Part shown: positions 49,721 to 62,912 of the stretch, in pieces | Numbering within the stretch: the first letter of the stretch is position 1 | Layout of the letters: the number at the start of each line of letters is the position of its first letter | Assembly: GCF_006345805.1 (NCBI RefSeq) | Contig: NC_042997.1 | Coordinates: 30,938,001-31,002,000 of the forward strand | Direction: 5' to 3' | DNA: 64,000 nt | Source of the DNA: Octopus sinensis | Lineage: Eukaryota | Made by a program: the position numbers and the translations under genes | The notes under the pieces: generated by a model | Told to the model about the DNA's origin: nothing | Seen by the model: the letters and a program-made list of their open reading frames with translations, nothing else | Databases searched by the model: none

Positions 49721-49773
49721 TGTTGTGTGTGTGTGTGTGTGGTGTGTGTGTGTGTGTGTGAATATATATATGC

Positions 49774-50155
49774 TCTTTTACTCTTTTACTTGTTTCAGTC
49801 ATTGACTATGGTCATGCTGGAGCAATCGCCTTTTAGTCGACCAAATCGACCCCAGGACTTATTCTTTGTAAGCCTAGTACTTATTCTATCGTTCTCTTTC
49901 GCCGAACCGCTAAGTTACGGGGACGTAAACACACCAGCATCGGTTGTCAAGTGATGGTGGGGGGACAGATACAGACACACAAACACACACACACACACAT
50001 ATATAGACGACGGGCTTCTTTCAGTTTCCGTCTACCAAATCCACTCACAAGGCTTTGGTCGGCCCGAGGCTAAAGTAGAAGACACTTGCCCAAGGTGCCA
50101 CGCAGTGGGAATGAACCCGGAACCATGTGGTTGGTAAGCAAGCTACTTACCGCAC
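49774..50155 (-). mobile_element. SINE family A
   Basis: Consensus match. Confidence 0.88.
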
Positions 50156-50163
50156 AACACCAC

Positions 50164-50194
<31 letters not shown>

Positions 50195-50255
50195 TATATA
50201 TATGTATATATATATACATACACGCATATATATACGCACACATACATATATCTAT

Positions 50256-50322
<67 letters not shown>

Positions 50323-50699
50323 CTACCTATCCATCTATTCTATATAAACGCATATAATTCACTTAGATATACAGCACTGACTGACCGTTGAGTCGTTTCG
50401 CAAATGGGTGTGTTATGCATTTTCGTAGGTAAGTACTAAATACGAAAGTAAGATGTAACTATCCACTGCAGCGCTGAAGATTCTGTCTGTTACCACTAGT
50501 TTTGCACATGCTGTTGAGCGCCGGGCCTGGGCTGAAAATCCTTTACAGTCCCCACCCCCCACCAGCTATAAGCATATTGAAATGCTTGCATGCAAAAACA
50601 TAGAGTGATATTGTGTGTGTACAGGAAAATATGTACATGTAATTGAATATGTGTGTATGATGCGTTTGAAGTTTTCCTACAGAAGTCCAAATGAGAAAA

Positions 50700-50757
50700 A
50701 CAGAGAGAGAGAGAGAGAGGGAGAGAGAGTGGTAGAGAGAGAGAGAGAACAGAGTGG

Positions 50758-50791
<34 letters not shown>

Positions 50792-51030
50792 CAGAGTGGT
50801 AGAGAGAGAGAGAGAGAAAGAGAGAAGCAGAGTGGTAGAGAGAGAGAGAGAGAGAGAGAGAAACAGAGTGGTAGAGAGAGAGAGAGTGGTAGAGAAAGAG
50901 AGAAACAGAGTGGTAGAGAGAGAGGAGAGAGAAAGAGAGAAACAGTGGTAGAGAGAGAGAGACAGAGAGAGAAACAGAGAGGGAAAGAGAGAGAGAGGGA
51001 AAGAGAGAGAGGGAAAGAGAGAGAGAGAGA
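50700..51030. repeat. (GA)n-based minisatellite (unit about gagagagagaaacagagtggta)
   Basis: Directly visible; explains ORFs 50615..51141. Confidence 0.93.
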
Positions 51031-51404
51031 CAAGGAAAGAATGTTGTACTTCTTTTTATGTACTCTGTCTTTTCCTCGTTTCATTCGACGATGTGATGGT
51101 CGGCCATAAATTCTATCTATCATCTCGAAGCGGATAAGCATCGTCGAGTTGACTAATCACCTAACAGTGTTATGGTGGAGGTGTTGCTATTCTTCGTATT
51201 GTTTTTGTAGTTGTAGTTACTGTATATATATGTGTGTGTGTGTGTGGTTGATCGGAGAAAGAATGGGAAAAACAAGGTTCTGGAACGTAAGGAGTTAGGC
51301 TCAAATCTATCCATGTTAGGTCAAAAATCTCTCGCCGTTCAGACGCGCCATTTCTAATCTTTATCTCGCTAACCCTAACCCTTTCTCATTCCACACTTCC
51401 CTAA

Positions 51405-51499
51405 ATGTGTCTGTGTGTGTGTTTACGTCTATGTGTGTGTAAGTGTGTATGTCTGTATGCGTGTGACTATTCGTGCGAGTATACACACACGCACACAAA

Positions 51500-51567
<68 letters not shown>

Positions 51568-51914
51568 CTAAATACGTATCTATCTATATACATATGTGTG
51601 TATATGTATGTATGTATATATATATATGTGTGTGTATGTGTGTATGTCTGTATGCGTGTGACTATTCGTGCGAGTATACACACACGCACACAAATATATA
51701 TATATATATAATATGTATATATATATATATATATCTATATATATATATATAGCTAAATACCTATCTATCTATATACATATGTGTGTATATGTATGTATAT
51801 ATATATATATGTGTGTATGTATATGTATTATATATGTATGTATGCATATATATATTCATATATATATGTATATATATGAATATATATGAATATATATGTA
51901 TGTGTATATATATG

Positions 51915-51945
<31 letters not shown>

Positions 51946-52100
51946 GTATATATACACAAACACACACACACACACACACACACAACACACACACACATAT
52001 ATATATATATAATATATATATATATATGTATATACACACACATATATATATATATATGTATATACATATATATATATATGTATGTATATACGTATATACA
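51405..52100. repeat. TA/TG/CA microsatellite complex with a ~200-bp tandem duplication
   Basis: gcgtgtgactattcgtgcgagtatacac...atagctaaatac occurs at about 51460 and 51655. Confidence 0.9.
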
Positions 52101-53038
52101 TCTTTCACTACTTCTCTTCCCGTTTCCCCGTCCAGCCATTTATCTTTATACGCCTCTTTCGTTTCCTCTTTTTCTGGGATCCATTTATGTAGTTCCTTTC
52201 TCCCTCTTTCCCCTTTTCCTTATCTTTCTCTCTCTATTTTCCTTTTCTTTGTCTCTCTCCTTCTCTGCCACTCTTTCCTCTTCTTTCTCTCCCCTTGTCT
52301 CTCACACACACAAACACACACATACATACATACATAACAGACACACACACACATAGCCATACGCATTGCCTTTTTACCACTACTCTCCATCGCTTCTGTT
52401 CTTTTGCTCTTTTGCGCTGTTCTGTTTGTTAGCTTACGTCTCGATTTACAAATTTTGGCAAGCATTTCACTCGTATATCAGATCGGAATTTGGATAGGAC
52501 AGCGGTGTTGCAATTCCTTATTGCATTCAAGGATTTTCTACAGAGCCATTTTCTTGACTTATGGCTTTTTACAAAGAGCCGAAACTTTTCGATTCGCTTG
52601 CTTCTAATTTGTAAGATTTCGCGCCAACAGACGGAAGAATAAAGGAGATAAGCCAAATATAACTACAACTGACCGGTTCAAATTTTTAATGAATGTTTCT
52701 GTGAAAAATATTGTTTAGAATTACATGCACCATACAGATAATGGTAAATCTGTCAAACAAAAGAAATAACCAAAACTAAGCACTTTCCAGATAATATTTA
52801 TGTTGATTTTACAGGTAATACAAATAGAGATAAGCACTGAAGGAAGAGACAAAACAGTGACCGTTATCGCGAAATTTGTGCTGCTGCTGCTGCTGCTGCT
52901 GCTGCTACTGATGATGATGATGATGGTAGAGATAGTGGTGGTGGTGGTGGTAGTGGTGGTGGTGGTGGTAGTGGTGGCTGATGTTGGTTTTGTTTGTATA
53001 TTCACTGTTCGAAATTGTCCATTTATTGGCTTACCCTT

Positions 53039-53074
<36 letters not shown>

Positions 53075-53506
53075 AAGCATATACTCACCAGACTACACAC
53101 ATGCACTCACACGCAGACTCTCTCACACATACACAAACACACAAACGAACATATGCACATTCACACACACTAGCGCATGCGCACACATGCGCACACATGC
53201 ACAAGCAACATAAGCAAAATGGCGATAAAACGTTTGCTACAAACGTAAAAATGAGAAACGAGAAGCGTCTCTGGGAGTGCGTATATGTATATGCAATATA
53301 TGTGTATATATTTATGCATGTATGTATACATGTGTGCATATCTTTGTGCATTTGAATATGTACGTATGTACGTGTGCTTTTATGTATTCATGAGTGTATG
53401 TATCTATATCTATAGTTTTTTAAATTTATTTTTCGAATTTCTCGTCAATGAGAACGAGCCGGTTTCAAGTCCAGAGAGGTGTTTCACTGGAATTTAGATA
53501 ATACCA

Positions 53507-53790
53507 ATGTATGTATGTATGTATGTATGTATGTATGTATGTATGTATGTATGTATGTATGTATGTACGTACGAATGTATGTATGTATGTATGTATGTAT
53601 GTAGTATGTATGTATGTATGTATGTATGTAGGTATGTATGTATGTATGTATGTAATGTATGTATGTATGTATGTAGTATGTATGTATGTATTATGTATGT
53701 ATGTATGTACGTACGTACGTACGTACGAATGTATGTATGTATGTATGTATGTATGTGTATGTATGTATGTTGTATGTATGTATGTCTCTT
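53507..53790. repeat. (TATG)n microsatellite (further arrays at 55372-55690, 59292-59332, 59624-59725, 62042-62610, 63011-63073)
   Basis: Directly visible; source of the MYVC/HTYI ORFs. Confidence 0.97.
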
Positions 53791-53819
53791 CTATTTTTTA
53801 ATTATTATAAATTTTCAAC

Positions 53820-55050
53820 TGAGGAGGGAGCCGGTTTCTAACAAAGATACAAGGCTCCATCTTTGGGATGTAGTTAACACAGACAAATTCACATTTGGAA
53901 CTTGAGTAAAGTCTTGCATATTTTTACTGTTCCACTCACAGATTGGTCTTGTAATGTACGAATCAGCCGGTCAATTTCTCTTTCTGAAAATCCCAGTTTA
54001 TCCAGATTCCCCTTTAAGCATTTAATAGCAAAACCTAGTGCTCCAATTGATATGAATAGGAATTCATTGTGTGGATACAGAAGCTGGAGGTTTGGAAGCA
54101 GTTGTCCATAGATATCTTCTTTTTCTTTGATTCTCAAAGGGATATTTATATCTGCAGGGCAGCTAACCTCTATGATGGTACAGACCTTTTCCCCCTCTCT
54201 CTATCCGGACTGTTATGCTTACATTTGACAGAAGTTTTGATGGGAATATTCCACCAGTATTCCTTGAGTTGGTGTTTATGAATGTATTCCATAACAGAGG
54301 GATTTTCTAAGTATTCCAAATGTTGGGATCAGCACTGGTACTGCAAATGCATTGTGGGATATTGTTTTAAGAGGAGAGTTCCGACTGCCGTATTTTCTTA
54401 AGTCTGGTGTAATATTCTCGGGTCACTCTATTTTTATTCACAGTGCCTTCTTATGATACATTTTCGTCTATGCCTAATTACTTGTAACATTCTTTGTATG
54501 GAATGGGGGAGATAGAGAGACCGTTGATGCACAAGTTTGGGGTTTGGGGGACTGACTTTCCTTGTTTTATAATCAAATATGAACATTTCTTTTGGCCAAA
54601 TTCCATACCTACATCGGCTGAAAATGTTATTAATTCCAGTTGTTTTTTGGCATTGTTAACATTTTAGCATAAATCTTCAGGTAGTCTACAAAGAAATTAC
54701 GAGTTACATTGATATTTCTGGCAGTTGAATATCCTAGCATGTAACCATTTGTTTTCTACAGTACGAACGATAATGAATTCAGTGCCAAAAGTACAGAAAG
54801 ACTATCTCCCTGGAATATTCCCTTTGTAATGCTTATACTATTAGGAACAATTATTCTGTTCTCAGCTGTAAGGGTAAGAATAGTTGTCCATGTCTTCGTG
54901 AGTCTCCCTATAGAAGCAATTAAAGTAATAGGTACCTTTGCCAGATGTCGGCACTTCAACAGCATTGAATAAGGGATAGAGTTGAATGCTTTCTTATAGT
55001 TAAGCCTTCTTATAGTCATAGCACCGAAGTAAATCTGGTTTAGTTGTTGA
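53820..55050 (-). mobile_element. R4/Dong-type (RLE) non-LTR retrotransposon remnant: RT joined to the endonuclease by an internal deletion
   Basis: NYKKAFNSIPYS, KGIFQGDSLS, MEFGQKKC and AFAVPVL, then WWNIPIKT..KCKHNSPD..IIEVSCPAD...ISIGALG...LGFSE...GTVKICK*. Confidence 0.85.
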
Positions 55051-55442
55051 GTCCAAGTAAAATGAGAAGAGTACTTAGGTCTTCTTAAATAACTTACTGG
55101 TGACTTAGCTCTGTTTTCATCGGTGGTGACGTTGTTAGTTTCAGCCATAATCGTGTTAGTGAGATTCTATCTGGTGTAGATGTATATTTTAAAATCTGTT
55201 CAGGATAGGATTACGATGGCGAGTAAAATGTGTTTCTCTTTATGATTATTGGAAAAATAAACCAGTTACCGATTTAGGCTGGAAAAGTCGGCATATTTCT
55301 AGAGGAAACCGTTCAAAACGGACTTTTAAAATGGTCTTCTACACCTGCACGTCCGATGATGACGGCGCCATTATGTATGTATGTATGTATGTATGTATGT
55401 ATGTATGTATGTATGTATGTATGTATGTATGTATGTATGTAC

Positions 55443-55473
<31 letters not shown>

Positions 55474-55502
55474 TGTATGTATGTATGTATGTACGTACGT
55501 AC

Positions 55503-55533
<31 letters not shown>

Positions 55534-55807
55534 TGCATGTATGTATGTACGTACGTACATATGATGTAGGTATGTAGTATGTATGTATGGTGTATGTATG
55601 TATGTATGTATTATGTATGTATGTATGTATGTATGTATGTATGTACGGACGTACGAATGTATGTATGTATGTATGTATGTATATATATATGTATGTTCTG
55701 TATTTTCCCATCTAGTTTCTGATTCAGAAACCAAGCTCCTTTATTACAATTTAGACATCTAGATAGTTATGTATATGTATGTCCGTACGTGTATCGATAT
55801 ATATTAT

Positions 55808-55840
<33 letters not shown>

Positions 55841-56051
55841 TATAAATTATATATATATTATATATATATAAATACATACATATACATACTATATATATAC
55901 ATACTATACATGTACGTACCGTGTGTGCATATTTTGTATGCATGCATTAATGCATATATGTATTCTTGTTTCCGCACACAGATGTATCTGTGCATACACA
56001 CACTGCCTGAATGGTTTTCTATATTTTGACTTTTACACGCGCGCGTGCGCG

Positions 56052-56091
<40 letters not shown>

Positions 56092-56359
56092 ATTATTCTT
56101 TTATTCTTCTAGTTGTTCAGTCATTAGACTGCAGCCATGCGGGAGTACGGCCTTGAGGAAACTTAATCGAACGGATCGACTCTAGTACTTATTTTTCTTT
56201 AAGCCTTGTACTTATTCGATCGGTCGCTTTTGTCGATCCGCTAAGTTACGGGGACTTAAGCACAAAAACACTGGTTGTCAACACAGAACCATTTATAACA
56301 CCCCTCACCACACACACAGACACACTTACACAGACACACTTACACACACGTACCTACTT

Positions 56360-56760
56360 ATGTATAAACCAATTGAAAATGAAGGAGTGTTGTTTTTTAC
56401 GTGTGTGAATTGTAGGAGAAAATGCTTGAGTCATGCAGACCTGGTCAGCCATCTGAGAGGTGGCAGAAATCAATCCCTTGTATATTGTGATACGGCTATT
56501 GTTCACAACAGAACATGTGTAATATGTGGAAAGGTGTGCCTCTCAGTCGGAGGATTGAAAAGGTATGTCAAAAGAGTTCATGCTGTGGGCACCTGTTCCC
56601 GTTGCCAACCAGCACAACTGTGCATTATGTAATAGAGTGTACAAATCTTTGACAGGGCTCAAGAGTCATATAAGGGGCCTCACATTACATTATCAATGAC
56701 TCACTTCAATCATTCTTTCTAACAATGGCTTTGCACGTATACGAGAAAGCAGCCACTATG
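56360..56760 (+). mobile_element. RTE LINE 3' end with C2H2 zinc-finger repeats
   Basis: CVNCRRKCLSHADLVSHLR, CVICGKVCLSVGGLKRYVKRVH and CIMCNRVYKSLTGLKSHIR; no splice context, and it ends in an RTE-like 3' terminus. Confidence 0.65.
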
Positions 56761-56791
<31 letters not shown>

Positions 56792-57010
56792 GTCGTCGTC
56801 GTCGTCATCATCATCATCGTTTAACGTCCGCTTTCCATGCTACAATGGTTTGGACGATTTGACTGAAGCCTGGCGAACCAGATGGCTGCACCAGACTCCA
56901 ATCTGATCTGGTCTGGCAGAGTTTCTACAGCTGGATGCCCTTCCTAACGCCAACCACTCCGAGAGTGTAGTGGGTGCTTTTTACGTGCCACCGGCACGAG
57001 GGCCAGTCAG
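56758..57010 (-). mobile_element. Family C copy
   Basis: Consensus match with (ATC)n. Confidence 0.85.
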
Positions 57011-57932
57011 GCGGTACTGGCAACGGCCTCATGTACATATACATAGGTTTCTATGTCTGTAGGTGTGTCAGTCGGTCACACATCCAAGCGCCCCAATAAT
57101 CAACTCTAATGCTATAACTCGGGTAGAGAAGCTGCAGATTTCTCATTGCTTACTTTTTCACTGATCTCCAATATTATAGTGACATATATTGGGCAAGGAA
57201 TTTCCACGTCTCTGTTCATCACCTTTTCTCTGTCCCAGATCTTTATGTTCAGTTGTATATTTACTCACGTTTTCCTGTGAATGACTTTAACCATTTAGCA
57301 TTCACATTACTCTATCAAATGTAACGCTTATGTATTCACGTAATTTTAAACTGATCATGCATTATTTCATAGATTCGAGATTTTGATGATGTAATTGTTC
57401 ATTTTAAAGTGACACAATAGGGTAGGTGTGAAAGGCCAGATTTGACCAGTTTGAGGATAAAACAGGTAGAATATTTTGACCAGATATGGCTGGATTAAAT
57501 ACTAAAGGGTTAAACTGCAACGGGTGGTGGAGTCCTCCTAGTTCGGGAGTTCAAGAGTTTTGATGAGTGTGAAACCACCTCTTATCCACTATTGGTCCCA
57601 GGCCTACTCCAGCTTGGGGAAGTATCACGTGTCAGATCCCTAGCAAGTTTAATTAGCATATTAGAGCTTGCATAACTATGCATGTGAAAACTGGATTAGG
57701 TGGATTTTTCGAAGAAAATCTTTTGTGGTCCACCAGAGGGGAAGGTGGTTGCAGCAACACATTGTAGAGTACAGAGAGCAAGATGAGGCAAGTAAAACAT
57801 CTTAGTCATCCATTGCATCCGTCTCCATCTCCAGTTCTCTTGATCTTGCTACCAGATTGAATATGGTTACGGAAGAAAGAGTGCGGTAACGATGAGCAAC
57901 TCTTCTTCATTTTAAATAAAATCATTGCACAA

Positions 57933-58350
57933 GGCGTAGGAGTGACTGTGTGGTAAGTAGCTTGCTTACCAACCACATGGTTCCGGGTTCAGTCCCACTG
58001 CGTGACACCTTGGACAAGTGTCTTCTACTATAGTATCAGGCCGACCAAAGCCTTGTGAGTGGATTTGGTAGACGGAAACTGAAAGAAGCCCGTCGTATAT
58101 ATGTATATTTGTATGTATATGTGTCTATATGTTTGTGTTTGTGTTTGTCCCCCCAACATCGCTTGACAACCGATGCTGGTGTGTTTACGTCCCCGTCACT
58201 TAGCGGTTCGGCAAAAGAGTACCGATAGAATATGTACTAGGCTTATAAAGAATAAGTCCTGGGGTCGATTTGCTCGACTAAAGGCGGTGCTCCAGCATGG
58301 CAACAGTCACATGACTGAAACAAGTAACAGAGAGTAAAGAGTAAAGAGTA
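57933..58350 (+). mobile_element. SINE family A
   Basis: Full-length consensus match. Confidence 0.9.
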
Positions 58351-58429
58351 AGTCATTAGTCACCTTTACTCAAGATGACTCGACGGTCCCCGTCATTCCA
58401 ATGGACGAACTTAATGCTTTGACAAGAAC

Positions 58430-58850
58430 ATTCCACTAATATTCTCTCATAATATGAATCAGTATGTCTTCTACATCATCGTATCTTGTTATACATTTAG
58501 CTTTAGGACTATAGTTTCTACGAATTGGATTATAAAATGCTCTGGTAAGGACATCGTGTTTTATAGGCAGGTAGTGTCGCGATAATATTATTGGACACAT
58601 GCTTATGATATGCGTTGTATGTTGTATGTTAAATCCACAGATCTGCAACGGTTGTCACATCTAGGTGTTTTACCTCTATCGTTATCCCTTTTGTGCATTA
58701 GATATTTCGTTGTTATTTCTTGTTCTTGGACTGCAAAAATATATCCTTCAAAGTGACAGCTCATATACGGGTTTTTGATCAAAGATAAACTGATTAGGTT
58801 ATCTATCTTGAAGGTTTCTGACGACAAAAACATGCATTACACATAACGGT
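58430..58850 (-). mobile_element. R4-type retrotransposon fragment (zinc-knuckle region)
   Basis: EGYIFAVQEQEITTKY...CDNRCR.CGFNIQHTTHIISMCP...RHYLPIKHD (CCHC plus RHD-like motif). Confidence 0.8.
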
Positions 58851-59332
58851 ATATTTGTATGTATGTATGTATGATGTATGTTTGCATGTATGTATATATG
58901 TATGTACCAGTCATCTTGTGATGCTTGTCAATGGAACCTACTATGACGACCGAGAGAGTGGCAAAAGCGTTGTACAAGGTTTTGTCACTTAAATCCGGTA
59001 ATGTAGAGATGTCTCACTATTTCATATCATTTCATGATCCATTTTGCATTTTATAAAGTTCGATGGCTATCTATGCGTGACGAGAAAAGTCATATCCGCT
59101 CACATGCAGAAATGAAAGTAAATCAGAACAATCAGGCTGAATGGGACACGGATATTATCTGAGAAGATGAAGCAATCATCATATGTATTTATGTCATTGT
59201 TCAGTTTTATTTCAAGATTTCTTGCCAATAAAGAAAGAGCTGGTTTCTAACCTTGATTCAAGGCTCCTTCATTGGAATTTCAATATCAAATGTATGTATG
59301 TATGTATGTATGTATGTATGTATGTATGTATG

Positions 59333-59623
59333 TGTTGTGGAAGGATCCTGACCACCCCTCGTGACCAGAAGTGGACTAATGCATTTCAATAAAATAAAGA
59401 ACTGGCAGTTGACAGCCAGCAGTTGACAGCGTTGATCGTTCGTTTTGGATTACTGTGTTTGTACGGAGCACGTTCGGTGTGAACATATTAATTATGCGAA
59501 AGGTTTTTCTAGATAACCATATCCAAATATTCATTCGGGTAATACAATTCTTACACCCTTGTGCACACCCCAACATCGTCATAACATTATTGGCGATGAG
59601 ATATTCAAACCTACGGCATAACA
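59333..59623. mobile_element. Solo LTR (291 bp) inserted in (TATG)n
   Basis: TGTTGTG...CATAACA termini with GTATG on both sides. The TSD is not independent of the microsatellite. Confidence 0.65.
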
Positions 59624-59641
59624 GTATGTATGTATGCATGC

Positions 59642-59674
<33 letters not shown>

Positions 59675-60164
59675 TGTATGTATGTATGTATGTATGTATG
59701 GATGGATGGATGGATGGATGCATGCATGCGGATTATGTCTACCTCACAAGGAGGCCACGGCGAGATTTGAAATCTGAACTCAAAGAGTCGGAATACATAC
59801 AGAATATATAAAATATGAAGGGTCGAAACAGTTCTTCATTGTAACAATTGTTTTTTGACCAATACAAAGGCTACGTCTACTCTGTAGCATTGATTATGAA
59901 TCATTTTAATTCGTCCTCACGCTATTTCATCCTTCCCAATCTTGCTCCTTTTCTTTATGAGATCTCCGCTTCAAAAAAAAAAAAAAAGTAAGACTCCTGT
60001 CGCTCGGCTTTTTAGTTTTGATCACACGGATCTTCTACGTCCTTCCGACGATGATTTGGAGTGTTTAATTCCTGGATTACGTTACTCCTTTGAATTCCCT
60101 CGGAATACGTCGCCTCTGTACTATTGATTGGGAATCATTTTCATTCGCCTGTGACTCTTGCAAC

Positions 60165-60243
60165 CTCCTCCTCCTCCTCCTCCTCCTCCTCCTCCTTCTT
60201 CTTCTTCTTCTTCTTCTTCTTCTTCTTCTTCTTCTTCTTCTTC
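60165..60243. repeat. (TCC)n(TTC)n trinucleotide repeat
   Basis: Directly visible. Confidence 0.95.
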
Positions 60244-60270
60244 TCCACTGATACGTATACCCTTAATGTA

Positions 60271-60836
60271 TTGGGTTGTCCGGAAAGTTCGTGCCGATTT
60301 TTAAAGGAAAGAAAAAGGTCTATAAATACTTGCCATTACATTTTTAATCAACCAAATATGAACCATTTTGTTGCACAATACGTCTCCATCTTTCCTTTAA
60401 CTTGAAAATACCCTCCTCCCAGAATTGAAGTGGTTTCATGGTAAAGAATTCATCAAGGTATCTTTTTACGTCATCCAAGGTATTGAAATTTTTACCACTA
60501 AGACTATTCTGCAGAGACTTGAATAAGTGGAAATCCGAAGGAGCAATATCTGGTGAATATGGATTGTGAGGTAACACATCCCAGCCGAGCTGCAGCAATT
60601 TTTGTCTGGTTCCCAAAGCATCAAGTGCCGAAAATGAACTTTCTTATCTTCCATTTTAAAGGGTTACAGAATTAACACAGGTTATAGGAACATAAATATT
60701 CTACCACGAAGAGATAGCTTAAACTGTGATCTAAATGGAGGTGTAGTCAAATCCTGTTTTATGGACTCAACCATGTTCTAAAATAAGTCGAAAGGTAAGC
60801 TACTATAAATCGGCACGAACTTACCGGACAACCCGA
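60271..60836 (-). mobile_element. Internally deleted mariner (transposase start fused out of frame to the C-terminal 90 aa)
   Basis: 30-bp TIRs (28/30) with TA TSDs; MEDKKVHFRHLML, then LGWDVLPHNPYSPDIAPSDFHLFKSL...RWRRIVQQNGSYLVD*. Confidence 0.92.
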
Positions 60837-62817
60837 TAGTTCTCATGGAGATTCAGATCGCCACAGAATGGGATGAGGTCGGTCCTTTGACTTACAGGTA
60901 CTGCTCATTTTTGCCAGCTGAGTGGACTGGAGCAACGTGAAATAAAATTTTATGCTCAAGGACAAAGACGCCGCTAGTAATCGAACTCATGACATTATGA
61001 CTGTGGGCCAAATACCCCTAACCACTAAGCCACGTGAGTTCACATCACACACACACATATACTACTGGATGATCGTTGACACGACTGAGGGCTTCGCGCT
61101 TCGACAAGTTTTGTTTTTATTTTTTTTAAAGTGTCCAAAAACCAAATTCACTTTGCAAGATTGGTGAGGCTGTTGGTTTAGTTGGCGGGCATTGGCCGTC
61201 CTGGCGTACATGATTGATTTCCAATAATAAGTCTCGGTTATCAGATCTCCGATCTTTCTCTCCCTACACACACAGACACACGCACGTGTGGGTAATTATA
61301 TATATATAATATATATATATATAATACATATTATGGATATATATGTATATTATGTATATATATATATGTAGTATATAATTATATATGTTTGTATGTATGT
61401 ATGTATGTATTATATATATATATATATATATTATGTATATACATAAGAACGTAATCATCTATATTTGTATATATATATATGTATATATATATATGAATAT
61501 ATATGTGTGTATAAATATACACACAAACATATATGTCTGTGTTTTTATAGACATATATAAATATATAAATAAATATATATATACATATATATGTATATAT
61601 GTATATATATATACACATGTATATGTAGGTATGTATCTATGTATGAATGCATGTATATATAGGGAGAAGAAATGATAAAAAGATTTATAGACGGAAACGG
61701 AATCCCAAATGAATTAGGATTCCCAATAAATAAGAACAGTAAAAAAAGATCATATAAACAGAACCGGATAAAAACCAGTATAAAAACAAAGGCCGTAGAT
61801 TATTGGAGAAAAACCTTCTATCAGCCGTCTCTTCCATAACAACTTTTTACTCTTCAACTTGATTTAAGGTGGGAAAAATAAAGGATTGCCCAAATGAAAC
61901 GTGTGATATCTACTCTCGGTGAGGATTATTATTTCGTTGGCTTGTCTCTTTTGCGTCGACAGTCGGAAGGGAAACAGAGGTGATAGACAAACATATAGAT
62001 TGTTAGATGAATAGACAGATACATGTACTTTAAGGGAAATTTGTATGTATGTATGTATGTATGTATGTATGTATGTATGTATGTATGCATGTATGTATGT
62101 ATGTATGTATGTATGTATGTATGCATGTATGCATGTATGTATGTATGTATGTATGTATGTATGTATGCCTGTATGCATGTATGTATGTATGTATGTATGT
62201 ATGTATGTATGGATGGATGCATGTATGTATGTATGTATGTATGTATGTATGCATGTATGCATGTATGTATGTTATGTATGTATGTATGCTATGTATGCAT
62301 GTATGTATGTATTATGTATGTATGTATGTATGTATGTATGTATGATGTATGCACGTATGTACGTATGTATGCATGTTATGTATGTATGTATGTATGTATG
62401 TATGCATGTATGTATGCATGTATGCATTGTATTTGTATGTATGTATGTATGTTATGTATGTATGCCATGTATGCATGTATGTATGTATGTATGTATGTAT
62501 GTATGTATGTATATCATGTATGTATGTATGTATGTATGTATGTATGCATGTATGCATGTATGTATGTATGTATGTATGTATGTGTGTATGTATGTATGTA
62601 TGTATGTATGTATTATATGTATATTGAGTAGTTGAATGAATTATCTTATTATGGATAATTCGGTTAACGATACCTGGGTAGAAAATTCACGTCAGAAAAA
62701 CACGGTGAAGCTACATGCCTAGAGGCAGAGATCACGTGCTATCGTGTGGAAATTTGTGTGTTTTTTTTAAATACAAATAAATGAAAGAATGGAGTTGAAC
62801 GACGAATTAACAAAATT

Positions 62818-62912
62818 CCTTTATTTTCGACATATGTTTCGAAGGCTGCATATTCCTAATTTCGAAGGAATAAGGGGTGCATTATGCCGCCTTCTCATCA
62901 GGAAAAACAAGG
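62818..62912 (-). ncRNA. Type I hammerhead ribozyme (short palindromic stem III, long stem II)
   Basis: Reverse complement: CCTTGTTTTTC-CTGATGA-GAAGGCGGCATA...TATGCAGCCTTC-GAAA-CATATG-TC-GAAAATAAAGG. It has the full catalytic core, a paired stem II, stem III within ACATATGT, a GUC cleavage triplet and stem I with 9/11 pairs. Confidence 0.85.

Noticed and set aside
51370-51385. Telomere-like taaccctaaccct
   Set aside because: Only two units, which is common inside transposon-derived sequence and not an interstitial telomeric array.
52550-52590. cttgactta-tggct...agcc-gaaac motif (similar weak motif at 61856-61910)
   Set aside because: A stem II plus GAAAC is present but the CUGANGA box and stems I and III are not; at most a decayed PLE end, too weak to call.
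56360-56690. C2H2 zinc-finger ORF as a member of the cephalopod zinc-finger gene expansion
   Set aside because: The fingers are degenerate, lack TGEKP linkers, contain a stop, and end in an RTE-like terminus with a counterpart at 6785-6910; a LINE 3' end explains it better.
60344-60654. Mariner-derived mini-protein or domesticated SETMAR-like gene
   Set aside because: The 90-aa ORF starts at TTG and is out of frame with the real ATG after the internal deletion, and the first two catalytic Asp regions are missing.
61864-62635. Long ORFs of 100-200 aa (MYVC/HTYI repeats), plus the LSLS/ERER and YIYI ORFs elsewhere
   Set aside because: They are stop-free translations of (TATG)n, (CT)n and (TA)n microsatellites, with no complexity or splice context.
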